A stretch of 64,000 nt of DNA. It comes from Candidatus Niyogibacteria bacterium. Lineage in GTDB: Bacteria; Patescibacteriota; Minisyncoccia; HO2-45-28. Below the pieces are notes generated by a model that saw nothing but the letters and a program-made list of their open reading frames with translations, was not told where the DNA came from and did no database searches. This document shows, piece after piece, positions 21,143 to 30,463 of the stretch (the stretch's first letter is position 1; each line of letters opens with the position of its first letter). The stretch lies in contig CP066691.1 of NCBI GenBank assembly GCA_016432485.1, positions 388,709 to 452,708 on the forward strand, in the 5' to 3' direction. The translations under genes and the position numbers were made by a program.

Positions 21143-21627
21143 ACACTATTCTCATTTTTACTAAAACTTATCGTTTGTGTATAAACACCTGATGGCACAC
21201 TGAACTCTTTTCCTCCAACATTTACACTACCTCCCCCGCTTTCTATTTCATAATTAAAAATTGCTGAGTTGCTATCCAAACTTTTGATTTTAGATTCTCC
21301 AATTAGTTTCACAAAATCCGTAAGACCATTTTTCTCTTTAGTAACTTGAAGCTTCTGTAACCACTCCCCCTGTTTCTCCACCACAAAATATTTGCTCGCC
21401 AATTCTATATCGCCGGCTTTCAGGGCATCAATAAATAATTGAAGGGTCTCTTCTGGGGTTTGTCCGCCATAAGTATCGTTGGCATATTGTTTTTCAAGAT
21501 CCGCGTAGTAACGCAGGGCTTTCTGTTCGGGACTAAAATAATAGTTCAAAAAATAAAGCACTGCCAATACCAAAACAACAATCAAAACAAACCCCCCAAT
21601 AAACTTCAAAGACGTCTTATTTATCAT
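21121..21627 (-). CDS. hypothetical membrane-anchored protein
   Basis: Likely start MINKTSLKF. The upstream in-frame extension is encoded by a REP palindrome. Confidence 0.4.
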   Translation of the reverse strand: MINKTSLKFIGGFVLIVVLVLAVLYFLNYYFSPEQKALRYYADLEKQYANDTYGGQTPEETLQLFIDALKAGDIELASKYFVVEKQGEWLQKLQVTKEKNGLTDFVKLIGESKIKSLDSNSAIFNYEIESGGGSVNVGGKEFSVPSGVYTQTISFSKNENSVWKIIDM

Positions 21628-21629
21628 AT

Positions 21630-22382
21630 TTAATTCCCCTCCAAGTCCAAGTCCGAACTCGGTTCGGATTCCGAACCGAGTTCGGACTTGGGCCGGTTTA
21701 TCCATTCACTTATAAATTTCCAATAATCCTCAACGCTGTTATCAAAATACTCCATCACCATACTTTTATCAATAAGTGACGCAAATTTTGTTCCTTGTTC
21801 AAGGTAATCAGGCAGACTAGACCACTTGTACTCCTTTAAAAACTTTTCCGCCCCCACTTTATCCTCAACATATCCCCTCTCTTTCCACATCGGGTCAAAT
21901 AATTCTAAAGGATTCAGATGAATATATCGGCTTACATGCGTAAAATGTTTGTCTCCGCCTATATGCACCGCCTTAAATTTGCCGCTAAAGAGCGGCCCCG
22001 AGCGTTTATATTTAGTATTAAAGTACAAAGCGTGGCTTACCTGAAGACGGTGCAGAAAAGCGCTTATGCCTCCTTCTTTCAGTTCTTTCACCAAGAGATG
22101 AAAATGATTTGGCATAAAACACCAGCTTAATATCTCAACCATTGGTTCCTTGTCGGAATCCGTCAGAGTCGGAACCGAGTTCTGCATTTGACGCGCTGGC
22201 TTGCCGGAGGCATCGTTCAAATAGAATAAAATAGTTGCAAATCTACGTCTATCAAAGTCATCTTCAAATATAGTGCGCTTTTCCACGCCTCTGGTAAAAA
22301 TGTGGTATATTTCCCCCTCTACAAAATCAATATCACGCATTGCCCTAAACTCTAACACACTGTCAGAACTCGGTTCTGACAA
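21630..22382 (-). CDS. REP-associated tyrosine transposase (IS200/IS605-like Y1 HuH transposase, RAYT)
   Basis: HuH motif CFMPNHFHLLV and catalytic-Tyr region HVSRYIHLNP. Flanked on both sides by REP palindromes. Confidence 0.7.
   Translation of the reverse strand: MSEPSSDSVLEFRAMRDIDFVEGEIYHIFTRGVEKRTIFEDDFDRRRFATILFYLNDASGKPARQMQNSVPTLTDSDKEPMVEILSWCFMPNHFHLLVKELKEGGISAFLHRLQVSHALYFNTKYKRSGPLFSGKFKAVHIGGDKHFTHVSRYIHLNPLELFDPMWKERGYVEDKVGAEKFLKEYKWSSLPDYLEQGTKFASLIDKSMVMEYFDNSVEDYWKFISEWINRPKSELGSESEPSSDLDLEGN
21641..21694. repeat. REP palindrome (GAACCGAGTTC family), locus 1
   Basis: CCAAGTCCGAACTCGGTTCGGATTCCGAACCGAGTTCGGACTTGG, a near-perfect ~50-bp palindrome. Confidence 0.75.
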
Positions 22383-22409
22383 AACTGTGGATAAGTTGTG
22401 AATATGTCC

Positions 22410-22445
22410 ATCCGAACCGAGTTCGGACTGAACTCGGTTCGGATC
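22410..22445. repeat. REP palindrome, locus 2
   Basis: TCCGAACCGAGTTCGGACTGAACTCGGTTCGGATCG, immediately upstream of the RAYT start. Confidence 0.75.
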
Positions 22446-22452
22446 GAATAAA

Positions 22453-23112
22453 CTATTGGAGCGAATCTAGAAACAATTGGATGTCGCCGGTGGGGTCGGC
22501 GCCGGCGGAAATGCCTTGTTCTAAAACTTCCCTAGCCCTACTTATATCCCCCATTACTTCCCTATAAAATCCGGCCATTTGATAATAAACAAAGCCGTTC
22601 TTGGGCTCGGCTTGAATAGCTTTTGAGAAACTTTCCTCCGCCTTCTGATTATTATGAATGTAATAAGCGTAGAGATCGGCCGAATTTAAAAAAGATGTGG
22701 CTATGTTGGGACGAATAATGCCCGCAAAACTCCACGCTTCAATCGCTCCTTCATAGTCGCCCGCGGACTTTCTCAAAATACCCAATTGAAGCCAACCCTG
22801 CAGATAGTTATAATTACCCTTCAGCATTAAAGAAACCTCCTGTATGTCTAAAATCAGTTGTTGGCGTCTTTCCTTCGAAATACCAACCACAACCTTAATA
22901 GGCCTCTCTAAATCAGGGATATTCTTGTCAATTACGGCAGATTCCGAACCGAGTTCGGCAGCTGCAGAACTCGGTTCGGACTCGGGTTCTGGTTCGAATA
23001 GCGGCGGAGGCAAGGGTAACGGAACTTTCTGGTCGCGCCAGATGAAATATCCGGCCACTGCGACAATAACAAGTAAAAATAAAGGCAAAAGCGGTTTAAA
23101 TTTTAAGTTCAT
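22453..23112 (-). CDS. TPR-repeat protein with N-terminal TM anchor
   Basis: 219 aa. TPR-like helices in the C-terminal half. Linker EPEPESEPSSAAAELGSESAV is encoded by a REP palindrome. Confidence 0.5.
   Translation of the reverse strand: MNLKFKPLLPLFLLVIVAVAGYFIWRDQKVPLPLPPPLFEPEPESEPSSAAAELGSESAVIDKNIPDLERPIKVVVGISKERRQQLILDIQEVSLMLKGNYNYLQGWLQLGILRKSAGDYEGAIEAWSFAGIIRPNIATSFLNSADLYAYYIHNNQKAEESFSKAIQAEPKNGFVYYQMAGFYREVMGDISRAREVLEQGISAGADPTGDIQLFLDSLQ
22942..22998. repeat. REP palindrome, locus 3 (inside coding sequence)
   Basis: TTCCGAACCGAGTTCGGCAGCTGCAGAACTCGGTTCGGACTCGGGTTCTGGTTCGAA. Confidence 0.7.
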
Positions 23113-23160
23113 AAGGAATATTTTAGCATTTGGAAAATTTTGTGCAACCCCCCCTCCTCA

Positions 23161-23203
23161 AAATCCGAACTCGGTTCGGCACGAACCGAGTTCGGAATCG
23201 GAA
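23161..23203. repeat. REP palindrome, locus 4
   Basis: AATCCGAACTCGGTTCGGCACGAACCGAGTTCGGAATCGG. Confidence 0.7.
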
Positions 23204-23206
23204 ATA

Positions 23207-23238
23207 GAAAAACCCCCCGCAACTGCGGGGGGTTTTTC
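23207..23238 (-). terminator. hairpin terminator after the giant gene 23267..26947
   Basis: AAAAACCCCCCGCA-ACT-GCGGGGGGTTTTTCG. Confidence 0.55.
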
Positions 23239-23266
23239 GTAGCCTTAGCTAATCCACAAGGATTGA

Positions 23267-26200
23267 TTAGTTGGGGCTTGTGAAGTACTCGGTGGTCATA
23301 TTCGTTCCCGGCAGGCCAGGAAGGGCATAACCGTTCGTCCAGTCAAGATCATAGATGCTCGCGGACGTTGATGTTGAGCGAGGCGACCAGACCAAGTCAT
23401 TATGCGTACTTTCCTTAGCTGTCGTAGAGGCGGTGAACATATTACCAGCAGTTTCTGACGCTAAATCAGAACCGGTAAACGCAGACGGGTACGCGGCATC
23501 GCCGTCAAGCTGGGCGCTAATTGTTTCAACGCCTGTAGCCGATTCAACATTAGCCACGGTCGCTCTGAAATCAAAGTATCTGGTAATGCCTGAAGGAACA
23601 ACATAAGTGGTTGTGGCATTGCAAGTAACCGTGCCTTTGTCAGGGTAAACTTCAATAACTAATGGGCTGTCATTGGCGCTCGGTGTCTGAGCCGTTTCAG
23701 TAATCGCATTTCGTCCATTGACACAGTTTCCGTAGTTCACTAAACCATCGGTTGTGAAAGAGGAATCAACGGTTGATAGACCGCTGTCGGTGTAGGCATA
23801 CAGGCCGTATGTTGAAGTTGTTGCCGTAACAGAGGATGAACCGATTGTGAAGGTCCACTTGTAGAACGCAACATCTCCGCCGGTTGCGGTAACGCTGAAA
23901 CGATACAGAGTTTTGCCTGACTGGGTTCCGACTGTCAAAGAGTTGTTCGGAACGGCAAGTTTAACAAATGTCGGGTAGGCCTTGTTAATACGGATGCCGG
24001 TAGAAGAAGTGTCGTTGGCGGAAGGCGTAATGTTGCTTCCGGACGCCACACCAACTCCGTAGTTTCCGTTGGTTCCCTCATTGTTGCCGTCATAATCAAC
24101 TTTCAAGAATTCACCTGAAGCAGTGATTGGCCCGCTATTTGTTAGCGCGGAAATGTCTCCTTTTATGATCAGCACTTTAGAGCTGTCTTTAGGAATAACA
24201 AAACCGGTAAGCGCGCTGGATGTCGCGTAGTCAGATGAAGGAAATACCGCTTCACCCACTTGCGTTGAGCCATCCCACAAAGTCACCTTTCGTTCAACAA
24301 GGCTGGTCGGAGAGTTTGAGGCTCCGCCGGTAAGCTGAAGCGCTACTTGTTTGAGCTCAATGTTTTCGTCTGAGGCGCTAAAGCGAATCTGTGAAAGAAT
24401 CACTCCGGTTGAGCCGGCATTTACAAGCTTATATCCCGGGCTTCCGGCATCCAATGCGACAGAAAGGGAACCTCCGGTAGCAATAGTCATTCTTTGTCCA
24501 TCAGAATCAGTGAAGGTCTCATCCACGGTTTGTCCGCTGGTAAGTCCTGTGGCGCCGGTAAAGGTTTCGCCATTATTAAGACCCCAAGCATAAATGGCGC
24601 CGCTTGCGGCAGAACCGGAAACATCACATTTTAAGACGAGCGTTTTTGAAGTTCCTTTGGCAAGAGTAAGTCCTGAACCGTCAAAAGTGAAGCTGGTTGA
24701 AGAACCCTCCGTAGTCGGATTCTTAATGTTTGCCGAGTTAACAACCGTAGAGCCGTCGTACATCTTACAATTGGTAAGGTCGGTTACCGCGCCGGTCGAA
24801 ACCATATCATAGACAACCGGCAAACTGGTGATACGAATGTCTTCACCAGAAGCAGTTACATCAAGAATGTAGTTGGCAAAGACAAATTGCGAAGCTCCCT
24901 GAATTACGGTTTGCGCGATTGGAATGCTTGAAACCGAAACCGTCAACGCTCCGGATTTGACTGTCATCAAGCTGAAAGTCAAAGGCGAGGACGGACTCGG
25001 AGTAATGGTGTTGCCGGTAACCTGTCCGGTAACAGTGCCCCAAGCCGAAGGAGTGGTGGATGCCTGAAATGTATCATCGTTTTCCAGGTCAGTTCCAATC
25101 TTGCCTTTCAAAATGTATGAGTGGACTCCGACTGGGAAAGTAACGGTGTCAGAGAATTGAATTTCACCTGTTGCGGTACCCGCGGCACCTGAAGCATTGC
25201 CTTCCGTGGCAACTCCATCAACTGGTCCGGCAATAACCGCTCCATTTTCGTCATACAAGGAAACACTGGTGATGTCGTCCGCGTCTTCTCCGGACGCCTC
25301 GTTTTCAAGGTGAACGTTGAAGTGCATTGCCGCAACAGAAATTGGCTCGCCTCTCACATCAACCGTGAAAGCGCCCAACGGCTGGTTTGCCAAGTTAATG
25401 GCAACGTTCTGGGCAGGCGCCAAAACAGAGTTGGTGGAAACAGTCATACTTCCCGTTGAAATCGTAACCTGGGCGGCGTCATAGTACGGGTCGTCCGCGT
25501 TGTTAAAGTCCGCGCCGTCAGTTGCGGCGGCCGCGGAATCAAGCGGAGGAGTTAATCCGTATCCATAGAGCGCGCCGACAAACGCGACATCAGTTCGTTT
25601 CTGAATATCAAAGTCAATATTTCGGTTTGAACCGCCTGAAATATCGCCTTTAATTGATATTTCTTTGAAGAATCCTTTAGGCATCAAAAGCCCCTTCCCG
25701 CTGTTTTCAGTAAATACAGTGGTGTAATACTTTCCGTCGGCGCTCACTGTCGGGTCATAAACGCTTCCATTGGCATGAACCTTGACATTTGCCAAGTCAT
25801 CCTTGGAAGCCGAGCCCGACTGGTACCACCTGATGTATTTAATGTAAACATCTTCGGCAGAACCGGCGGTGAATTTAACTGACGAGAAAGTATAACCCGT
25901 TGTCCCAACTTCTTTGGTCTGGGATGAACCCGGGTCTAATGAACCGCGAGCAGGACCAGGAACCGTTCCAATGGTTAATGTTTCGTTAACCGTGTGGCCC
26001 GCGCCGGTAATCGGGAATGTGCCGTTAACAGCGGCGTTCGCGGCAACAGCGCTTATCGAAAGATACGCAATCTGTCCGCCGTATCCGCCACCCGATGTTT
26101 GAGCGTTTCCGCCGACAACCATCGTTTTGGTTTGACCGGCTTTAACAACAAAGTCCTCGGTCAAAGTTGCCTGATGAACGGAATTCAATGTTTTTACAAG

Positions 26201-26947
26201 ACCAACCTGCGTTCCCTGATCATCCATCAAGATGAGTCCAGCAAACGCGGCGTCCTGTGCAAGACCGGTTCTTTCAATCGTGAGTGAATCCACCGTTACA
26301 TCTCCGTCAGAAGACGCGGTGAAATTAACAACCGTGAATGGAACGCGCGTGGAGTTAACCGGAAACAAACTTGCTACCGGCTGTGTGCCGGCAGTAACCG
26401 TCAATCCGCTTCCAGCCGGAACAACGACCGGAGTGGTTGGGGTTGTTGGAGTTGTCGGCGTAGTCGGAGTTGTTACAACCGTTCCGGCAACCGCGTTATA
26501 TTTGGCTCGCGAAATTGAACCAAAATATCCGACAGCCGGAGACACTCCGTTAGCTGCCTGCCAAGCGGCAACCGCCGACTGTGTTACAGAACCAAAGTAT
26601 CCGGTTGCGCCACCCGAAAATGTGAAGTGGCCGGTACCGGTCAGATAGTTCTGCAAGCAAGTTACATCATCGCCTTTAGAACCCACTGTCAGGTCGTTGG
26701 CGAAACTGCAAGCTCCGGCAGAAACTGTGCCGCTTGTAGCTTGACCGCGCAATGACAAGTTAACGTTATTGACCGTGGTTTGGTCAGCTCCAAACGACTG
26801 CAACAGCGAAATAATTGACTGGATCTGAGCCTCGGTTAAAGCCGCGCTCGCGACCGGAACCAAAGCGGAACCCGCCAATAAAATCGCAGTTGACACAGAA
26901 ACAATGGCCGAAGCCACTTTTTTGTGTTTTGCAATTAATTTACTCAT
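23267..26947 (-). CDS. giant cell-surface protein with peptidoglycan-binding domain, TPTTP linker and Ig-like beta-rich repeats
   Basis: 1226 aa. N-terminal signal/TM. PG_binding_1-like block GSKGDDVTCLQNYLTGTGHF...GYFGSVTQSAVAAWQAANGV, then (TPT)n linker, then Thr/Ser/Gly-rich beta repeats. Confidence 0.55.
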   Translation of the reverse strand: MSKLIAKHKKVASAIVSVSTAILLAGSALVPVASAALTEAQIQSIISLLQSFGADQTTVNNVNLSLRGQATSGTVSAGACSFANDLTVGSKGDDVTCLQNYLTGTGHFTFSGGATGYFGSVTQSAVAAWQAANGVSPAVGYFGSISRAKYNAVAGTVVTTPTTPTTPTTPTTPVVVPAGSGLTVTAGTQPVASLFPVNSTRVPFTVVNFTASSDGDVTVDSLTIERTGLAQDAAFAGLILMDDQGTQVGLVKTLNSVHQATLTEDFVVKAGQTKTMVVGGNAQTSGGGYGGQIAYLSISAVAANAAVNGTFPITGAGHTVNETLTIGTVPGPARGSLDPGSSQTKEVGTTGYTFSSVKFTAGSAEDVYIKYIRWYQSGSASKDDLANVKVHANGSVYDPTVSADGKYYTTVFTENSGKGLLMPKGFFKEISIKGDISGGSNRNIDFDIQKRTDVAFVGALYGYGLTPPLDSAAAATDGADFNNADDPYYDAAQVTISTGSMTVSTNSVLAPAQNVAINLANQPLGAFTVDVRGEPISVAAMHFNVHLENEASGEDADDITSVSLYDENGAVIAGPVDGVATEGNASGAAGTATGEIQFSDTVTFPVGVHSYILKGKIGTDLENDDTFQASTTPSAWGTVTGQVTGNTITPSPSSPLTFSLMTVKSGALTVSVSSIPIAQTVIQGASQFVFANYILDVTASGEDIRITSLPVVYDMVSTGAVTDLTNCKMYDGSTVVNSANIKNPTTEGSSTSFTFDGSGLTLAKGTSKTLVLKCDVSGSAASGAIYAWGLNNGETFTGATGLTSGQTVDETFTDSDGQRMTIATGGSLSVALDAGSPGYKLVNAGSTGVILSQIRFSASDENIELKQVALQLTGGASNSPTSLVERKVTLWDGSTQVGEAVFPSSDYATSSALTGFVIPKDSSKVLIIKGDISALTNSGPITASGEFLKVDYDGNNEGTNGNYGVGVASGSNITPSANDTSSTGIRINKAYPTFVKLAVPNNSLTVGTQSGKTLYRFSVTATGGDVAFYKWTFTIGSSSVTATTSTYGLYAYTDSGLSTVDSSFTTDGLVNYGNCVNGRNAITETAQTPSANDSPLVIEVYPDKGTVTCNATTTYVVPSGITRYFDFRATVANVESATGVETISAQLDGDAAYPSAFTGSDLASETAGNMFTASTTAKESTHNDLVWSPRSTSTSASIYDLDWTNGYALPGLPGTNMTTEYFTSPN

Positions 26948-27429
26948 AAATAAATTTTCATTAATTGATTCTTCTTCATCCCGCGCTAGCGAGATTTCAA
27001 AAAATCTTCAGAGAGTAAATACTTAACCTCGACAAAGTTAAGATTCTCTCTTTTTAAATAATCCAAACTGGTAAACTTTCGGTAAATGAGGCCTATCCTT
27101 ATCAACGTAACCCCGCCAAATGGCGTACGGAATACATTTAATCGACCGGACCAAACCTCAACTTTAAAGCAATTTAATTTTTCTTTCTCAGATCATCAAT
27201 CATTTCAGTCGCGTTATTAAATTATCAAAGTTCTCTATGCGGTCTCTCAAACGAATACGTCAAATCGAGCCATTGTCTGGCTTTGAAATACGCTCTGCAC
27301 CTCAAACAACCTTGCATCCATTTCTGATAATCTGCATTAACTCTTATTATAATTCCCCATTTCAAGCCTGGCAAAATAGCCATATGTGGATAACTTTGGA
27401 AGGCAAAATTGGGGTTTCTTTAGGCTACT

Positions 27430-27459
27430 AAAAAGCCCCCTTCAAGTCAATAAGGGGAC
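27430..27459 (-). terminator. hairpin terminator after 27488..28201
   Basis: Minus strand GTCCCCTTATTGACTTGAAGGGGGC followed by TTTTT. Confidence 0.5.
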
Positions 27460-27487
27460 AAAAAATAAGTATAATATATGTATTGTG

Positions 27488-28201
27488 TCAACCCGCTAAT
27501 TTATATCGGCGCCATCTTTTTTCGCCTTCTTTTAGCAAAAGACCTTCGCCGGCCATTCCAACCAAATCCCGCTGTAAAGTTTTCTCGCCTATCCGCCCCC
27601 TAAACACGCCTGCCAGCTCCCCTACGCTAACCCAATCTTTCTCTTTTATAAAAGAGATTATTTCCTCTCGTCTTTCACCATTACCCTCCTTCACCTCATT
27701 ATTCTCATTATTCCCATTATCCTTTTTATTTTCGGTTATTTCAGTTATTTTATGGTTTTCAAGAGTTAAGCTTTGATTATCTTGTTCTTGTTGTCCATTA
27801 GATATTTGTCCAATAGATTTATGTCCGATATGCCCAACAGCCGACGGCTCTGGCAAAATATCATATCTTTTCTCAATTAGATGGTCAGATAGACTTTTGT
27901 ATTCTCTTTTTAACACCTGAAAATTGGCATCTGATATAAAAGACCCTGAAGCCGCAAGCTCAAAAACCCTGACCGATTGATTTATTTTTTCAGTTACCCG
28001 GTCAATCTGCCGCACCCTGTCATTGGGAGGAGCGGTTTTTACTTTTAAAAGCGATTCAAAAATTTCCAAACCCTCGCGGCGCAAAAGCCATTTTAAGGGC
28101 TCCGAATCCGAAAAAAGATCGGTCACCCGATAAAGCGCCTCGGTCAATTTTTGCGAGCGTTCGTAAATTTGTTCCAGGTGACCATTTTTTTCGCCAGACA
28201 T
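27488..28201 (-). CDS. hypothetical protein with C-terminal winged-helix DNA-binding domain
   Basis: 237 aa. C-terminus IISFIKEKDWVSVGELAGVFRGRIGEKTLQRDLVGMAGEGLLLK is wHTH-like. Middle is low complexity. Confidence 0.4.
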   Translation of the reverse strand: MSGEKNGHLEQIYERSQKLTEALYRVTDLFSDSEPLKWLLRREGLEIFESLLKVKTAPPNDRVRQIDRVTEKINQSVRVFELAASGSFISDANFQVLKREYKSLSDHLIEKRYDILPEPSAVGHIGHKSIGQISNGQQEQDNQSLTLENHKITEITENKKDNGNNENNEVKEGNGERREEIISFIKEKDWVSVGELAGVFRGRIGEKTLQRDLVGMAGEGLLLKEGEKRWRRYKLAG

Positions 28202-28246
28202 TGTTTATAATTCTAAACGCCCCAAAATTTTTTGCAAATCCAAAAC

Positions 28247-28286
28247 GTGCAGAACCGAGTTCTGCGTCAGAACTCGGTTCTGCACG
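28247..28286. repeat. REP-variant palindrome, locus 5
   Basis: GTGCAGAACCGAGTTCTGCGTCAGAACTCGGTTCTGCAC. Confidence 0.65.
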
Positions 28287-28340
28287 AAGAAAAATAGCGG
28301 ACTCAATTGAGTCCGCCACTAAAAATGTGTTTTTTGCTTT

Positions 28341-29246
28341 CTACTTTTTGGGGGTTAAAACCTTCGGGTCAAGAATAAAACTCTGGCCCGGCGGAATCAT
28401 GATTAAACTGACCTTATCGCTCAAGCGCTGGATCATCTGCCACTGTATCAGCGCCGGAGTCAAAGAGGCAGCCAGCTTGGCATTGGCTTCGGCCTGCTTG
28501 GTTGCGCGCTCTAGAGTCGCCTGCCCTTCGCCCTTGGCTTTTTCAATAACCTGTAGAGCTACGAATCTGCTGGCTTTGACCTTTTGTTCTTCCTCAAGAG
28601 CTTTTTGCGTGGCAATCTGTTTGGCCTCAATGGACTCCTTGAATGCTTTACGGAAATCAATGTTATCCAGCAGCAAGTCAACCACTTCGATAGAATAGGG
28701 CGAGAGTTCTCTTTCAAGGCGTTCGCGGACTGTCTTCCTGATTTTTTCGCGGTTTGGGGCGATGTCCACGCTATTGTATTTTACCGTTTCGTCCTTAAAA
28801 TTTTGTGCAACACGAGGCCTTACAAGAACATCGAAATAATCCGGACCAACGGTCCTATACAACTGCTGAATGGTCTGAGGCGACACACGAATATTCAATG
28901 TGGCATCAACGAAAACATCCTGCGTTTCCCGGCTAAAGGAATCCAGCTTCTTAAGTTGGTGGCTTCTGACGCGAACATTAGCCTTCAACACGCTTTTCCA
29001 TGGTGCCACAAACTTCGGACCCTCTGAAATCTGTCCCGTGATAGCGCCAAACTCCGAAATCACGCCAACCTCCCCGGCCGGTATCTGATAAAAAGATGAG
29101 ACAAAGGTAATGATGCCCGCCAGAGCAAAAACGACATAACGCACAAGCCTTGGAAGGATACGCAAGTCTTCTGGGAAAAATTTTTGTGCGAAAGCAAAAG
29201 CAACAAAAACCAGTCCCAAAAGAACAATCACCACTATCCAACCCAT
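28341..29246 (-). CDS. SPFH/band-7 (HflC/prohibitin-like) membrane protein
   Basis: N-terminal TM then SPFH domain, GEVGVISEFGAITGQISEGPKFVAPW..., with coiled-coil C-terminus. Confidence 0.75.
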   Translation of the reverse strand: MGWIVVIVLLGLVFVAFAFAQKFFPEDLRILPRLVRYVVFALAGIITFVSSFYQIPAGEVGVISEFGAITGQISEGPKFVAPWKSVLKANVRVRSHQLKKLDSFSRETQDVFVDATLNIRVSPQTIQQLYRTVGPDYFDVLVRPRVAQNFKDETVKYNSVDIAPNREKIRKTVRERLERELSPYSIEVVDLLLDNIDFRKAFKESIEAKQIATQKALEEEQKVKASRFVALQVIEKAKGEGQATLERATKQAEANAKLAASLTPALIQWQMIQRLSDKVSLIMIPPGQSFILDPKVLTPKK

Positions 29247-29381
29247 TCTTTTCTTCCTCCAAAAAAATAAAGGTGCTACCTTCGCCAAAAGCCCCGAGCT
29301 TTCGGCAACCAAAACCCAAAAGCATTATACACACCCCGAAAAAGTTGTCAAGTGTGATTACTATTTATTTGCTCTCCAAAA

Positions 29382-29442
29382 CCCCCACACCTACTTTTCA
29401 ATACTTCGTTTGCGCTTCGCGCTTTGAAAAGTAGGCGTGGGG
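29382..29442. repeat. palindromic element with CCCCCACACCTACTTTT ends
   Basis: CCCCCACACCTACTTTT ... AAAAGTAGGCGTGGGGG. Overlaps the msrB 3' end and adds ~17 codons. Confidence 0.6.
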
Positions 29443-29831
29443 GCAAATCTTAGACAAATTGAATTTATGCAATGGCGTTTGCCGGTGGTTTCTTTCGGCC
29501 CGTCATCAAAAACATGGCCTAAATGCGACTTGCATCTGGCGCAGACGACTTCGACTCGCTCCATCCCTCCGGAATCGTCTTTTTTAAACTCCACCGCGCC
29601 GGGAAGCGCTTGGTCAAAACTCGGCCAGCCACCGCCAATGCGGGGCAAGCCGGTTCCGGAATCAAACTTGGCATCGGACGAAAAAAGCGGATTTCCGCAC
29701 GCCGCGCACTTGAAAGTCCCCTCTCTTTTTTCATGTAAAAGTTTTCCGGAAAACGGCGCCTCCGTCCCCTTTTCGCGCATTACATTATATTGTTCTGGGG
29801 TTAGTTTGTTTTTTATTTCATTCTCATCCAT
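29391..29831 (-). CDS. msrB: peptide methionine sulfoxide reductase MsrB
   Basis: CAACGNPLF...GWPSF...CARCKSHLGHVFDDGP...RHCINS. C-terminal tail encoded by the palindromic element. Confidence 0.8.
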   Translation of the reverse strand: MDENEIKNKLTPEQYNVMREKGTEAPFSGKLLHEKREGTFKCAACGNPLFSSDAKFDSGTGLPRIGGGWPSFDQALPGAVEFKKDDSGGMERVEVVCARCKSHLGHVFDDGPKETTGKRHCINSICLRFAPTPTFQSAKRKRSIEK

Positions 29832-29897
29832 ATTATTTTTTAAAATCTACTAATTTCTATCATTAACATTCATCAACGGCCGTTGATGAATGTTAAC

Positions 29898-30455
29898 TTA
29901 ATTTCTGGTTTTAGTTTTTAGTAATTCGGTGAATTTTTCTTTTACTTTTTCTAATTTCGGATTTATCACTGTCTGGCAATATGACGCTGATTTGTTTTTA
30001 GCGTAGTAATCTTTGTGGTAATCTTCGGCCGGATAAAATTTATCTAAAGGTTTTATTTCGGTTACAACCGGCGCGCCCTCCGCGGATGACTCGTTAATTT
30101 TTTTAATGAATTCTTCGGCTTCTGTTTTTTGAGCATTGATCGTATAAAAAATCGCCGAACGATACTGCGTGCCGACATCCGCCCCCTGCCGGTTTAGCGT
30201 CGTTGGGTTGTGAGCCGAGAAAAAAACGATTAAAAGTTTTTCAAATGATATTTGCGCCGAGTCATATTCTATTTTTATTACTTCTGCGTAGCCCGTTTTA
30301 CCCGAACATACCTCCTCATAAGTCGGATTGGGCCTAAAACCGCCGGCATATCCGGGCTGGACCGATATAACGCCTTTTAACATTTTGAAAATCGCTTCGG
30401 TGCACCAAAAGCACCCCCCGCCGAAAACAATTGTCTCTTTTTTGCCTTCCGTCAT
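29898..30455 (-). CDS. msrA: peptide methionine sulfoxide reductase MsrA
   Basis: GGGCFWCTEA active-site motif. 185 aa. Confidence 0.85.
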   Translation of the reverse strand: MTEGKKETIVFGGGCFWCTEAIFKMLKGVISVQPGYAGGFRPNPTYEEVCSGKTGYAEVIKIEYDSAQISFEKLLIVFFSAHNPTTLNRQGADVGTQYRSAIFYTINAQKTEAEEFIKKINESSAEGAPVVTEIKPLDKFYPAEDYHKDYYAKNKSASYCQTVINPKLEKVKEKFTELLKTKTRN

Positions 30456-30463
30456 GTTTTAAG

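Noticed and set aside
28056-28698. ORFs 28056..28319 (minus) and 28201..28698 (plus) containing ...AELGSAR... peptides
   Set aside because: Translations are generated by the REP palindrome. They are antisense to or overlap the SPFH gene.
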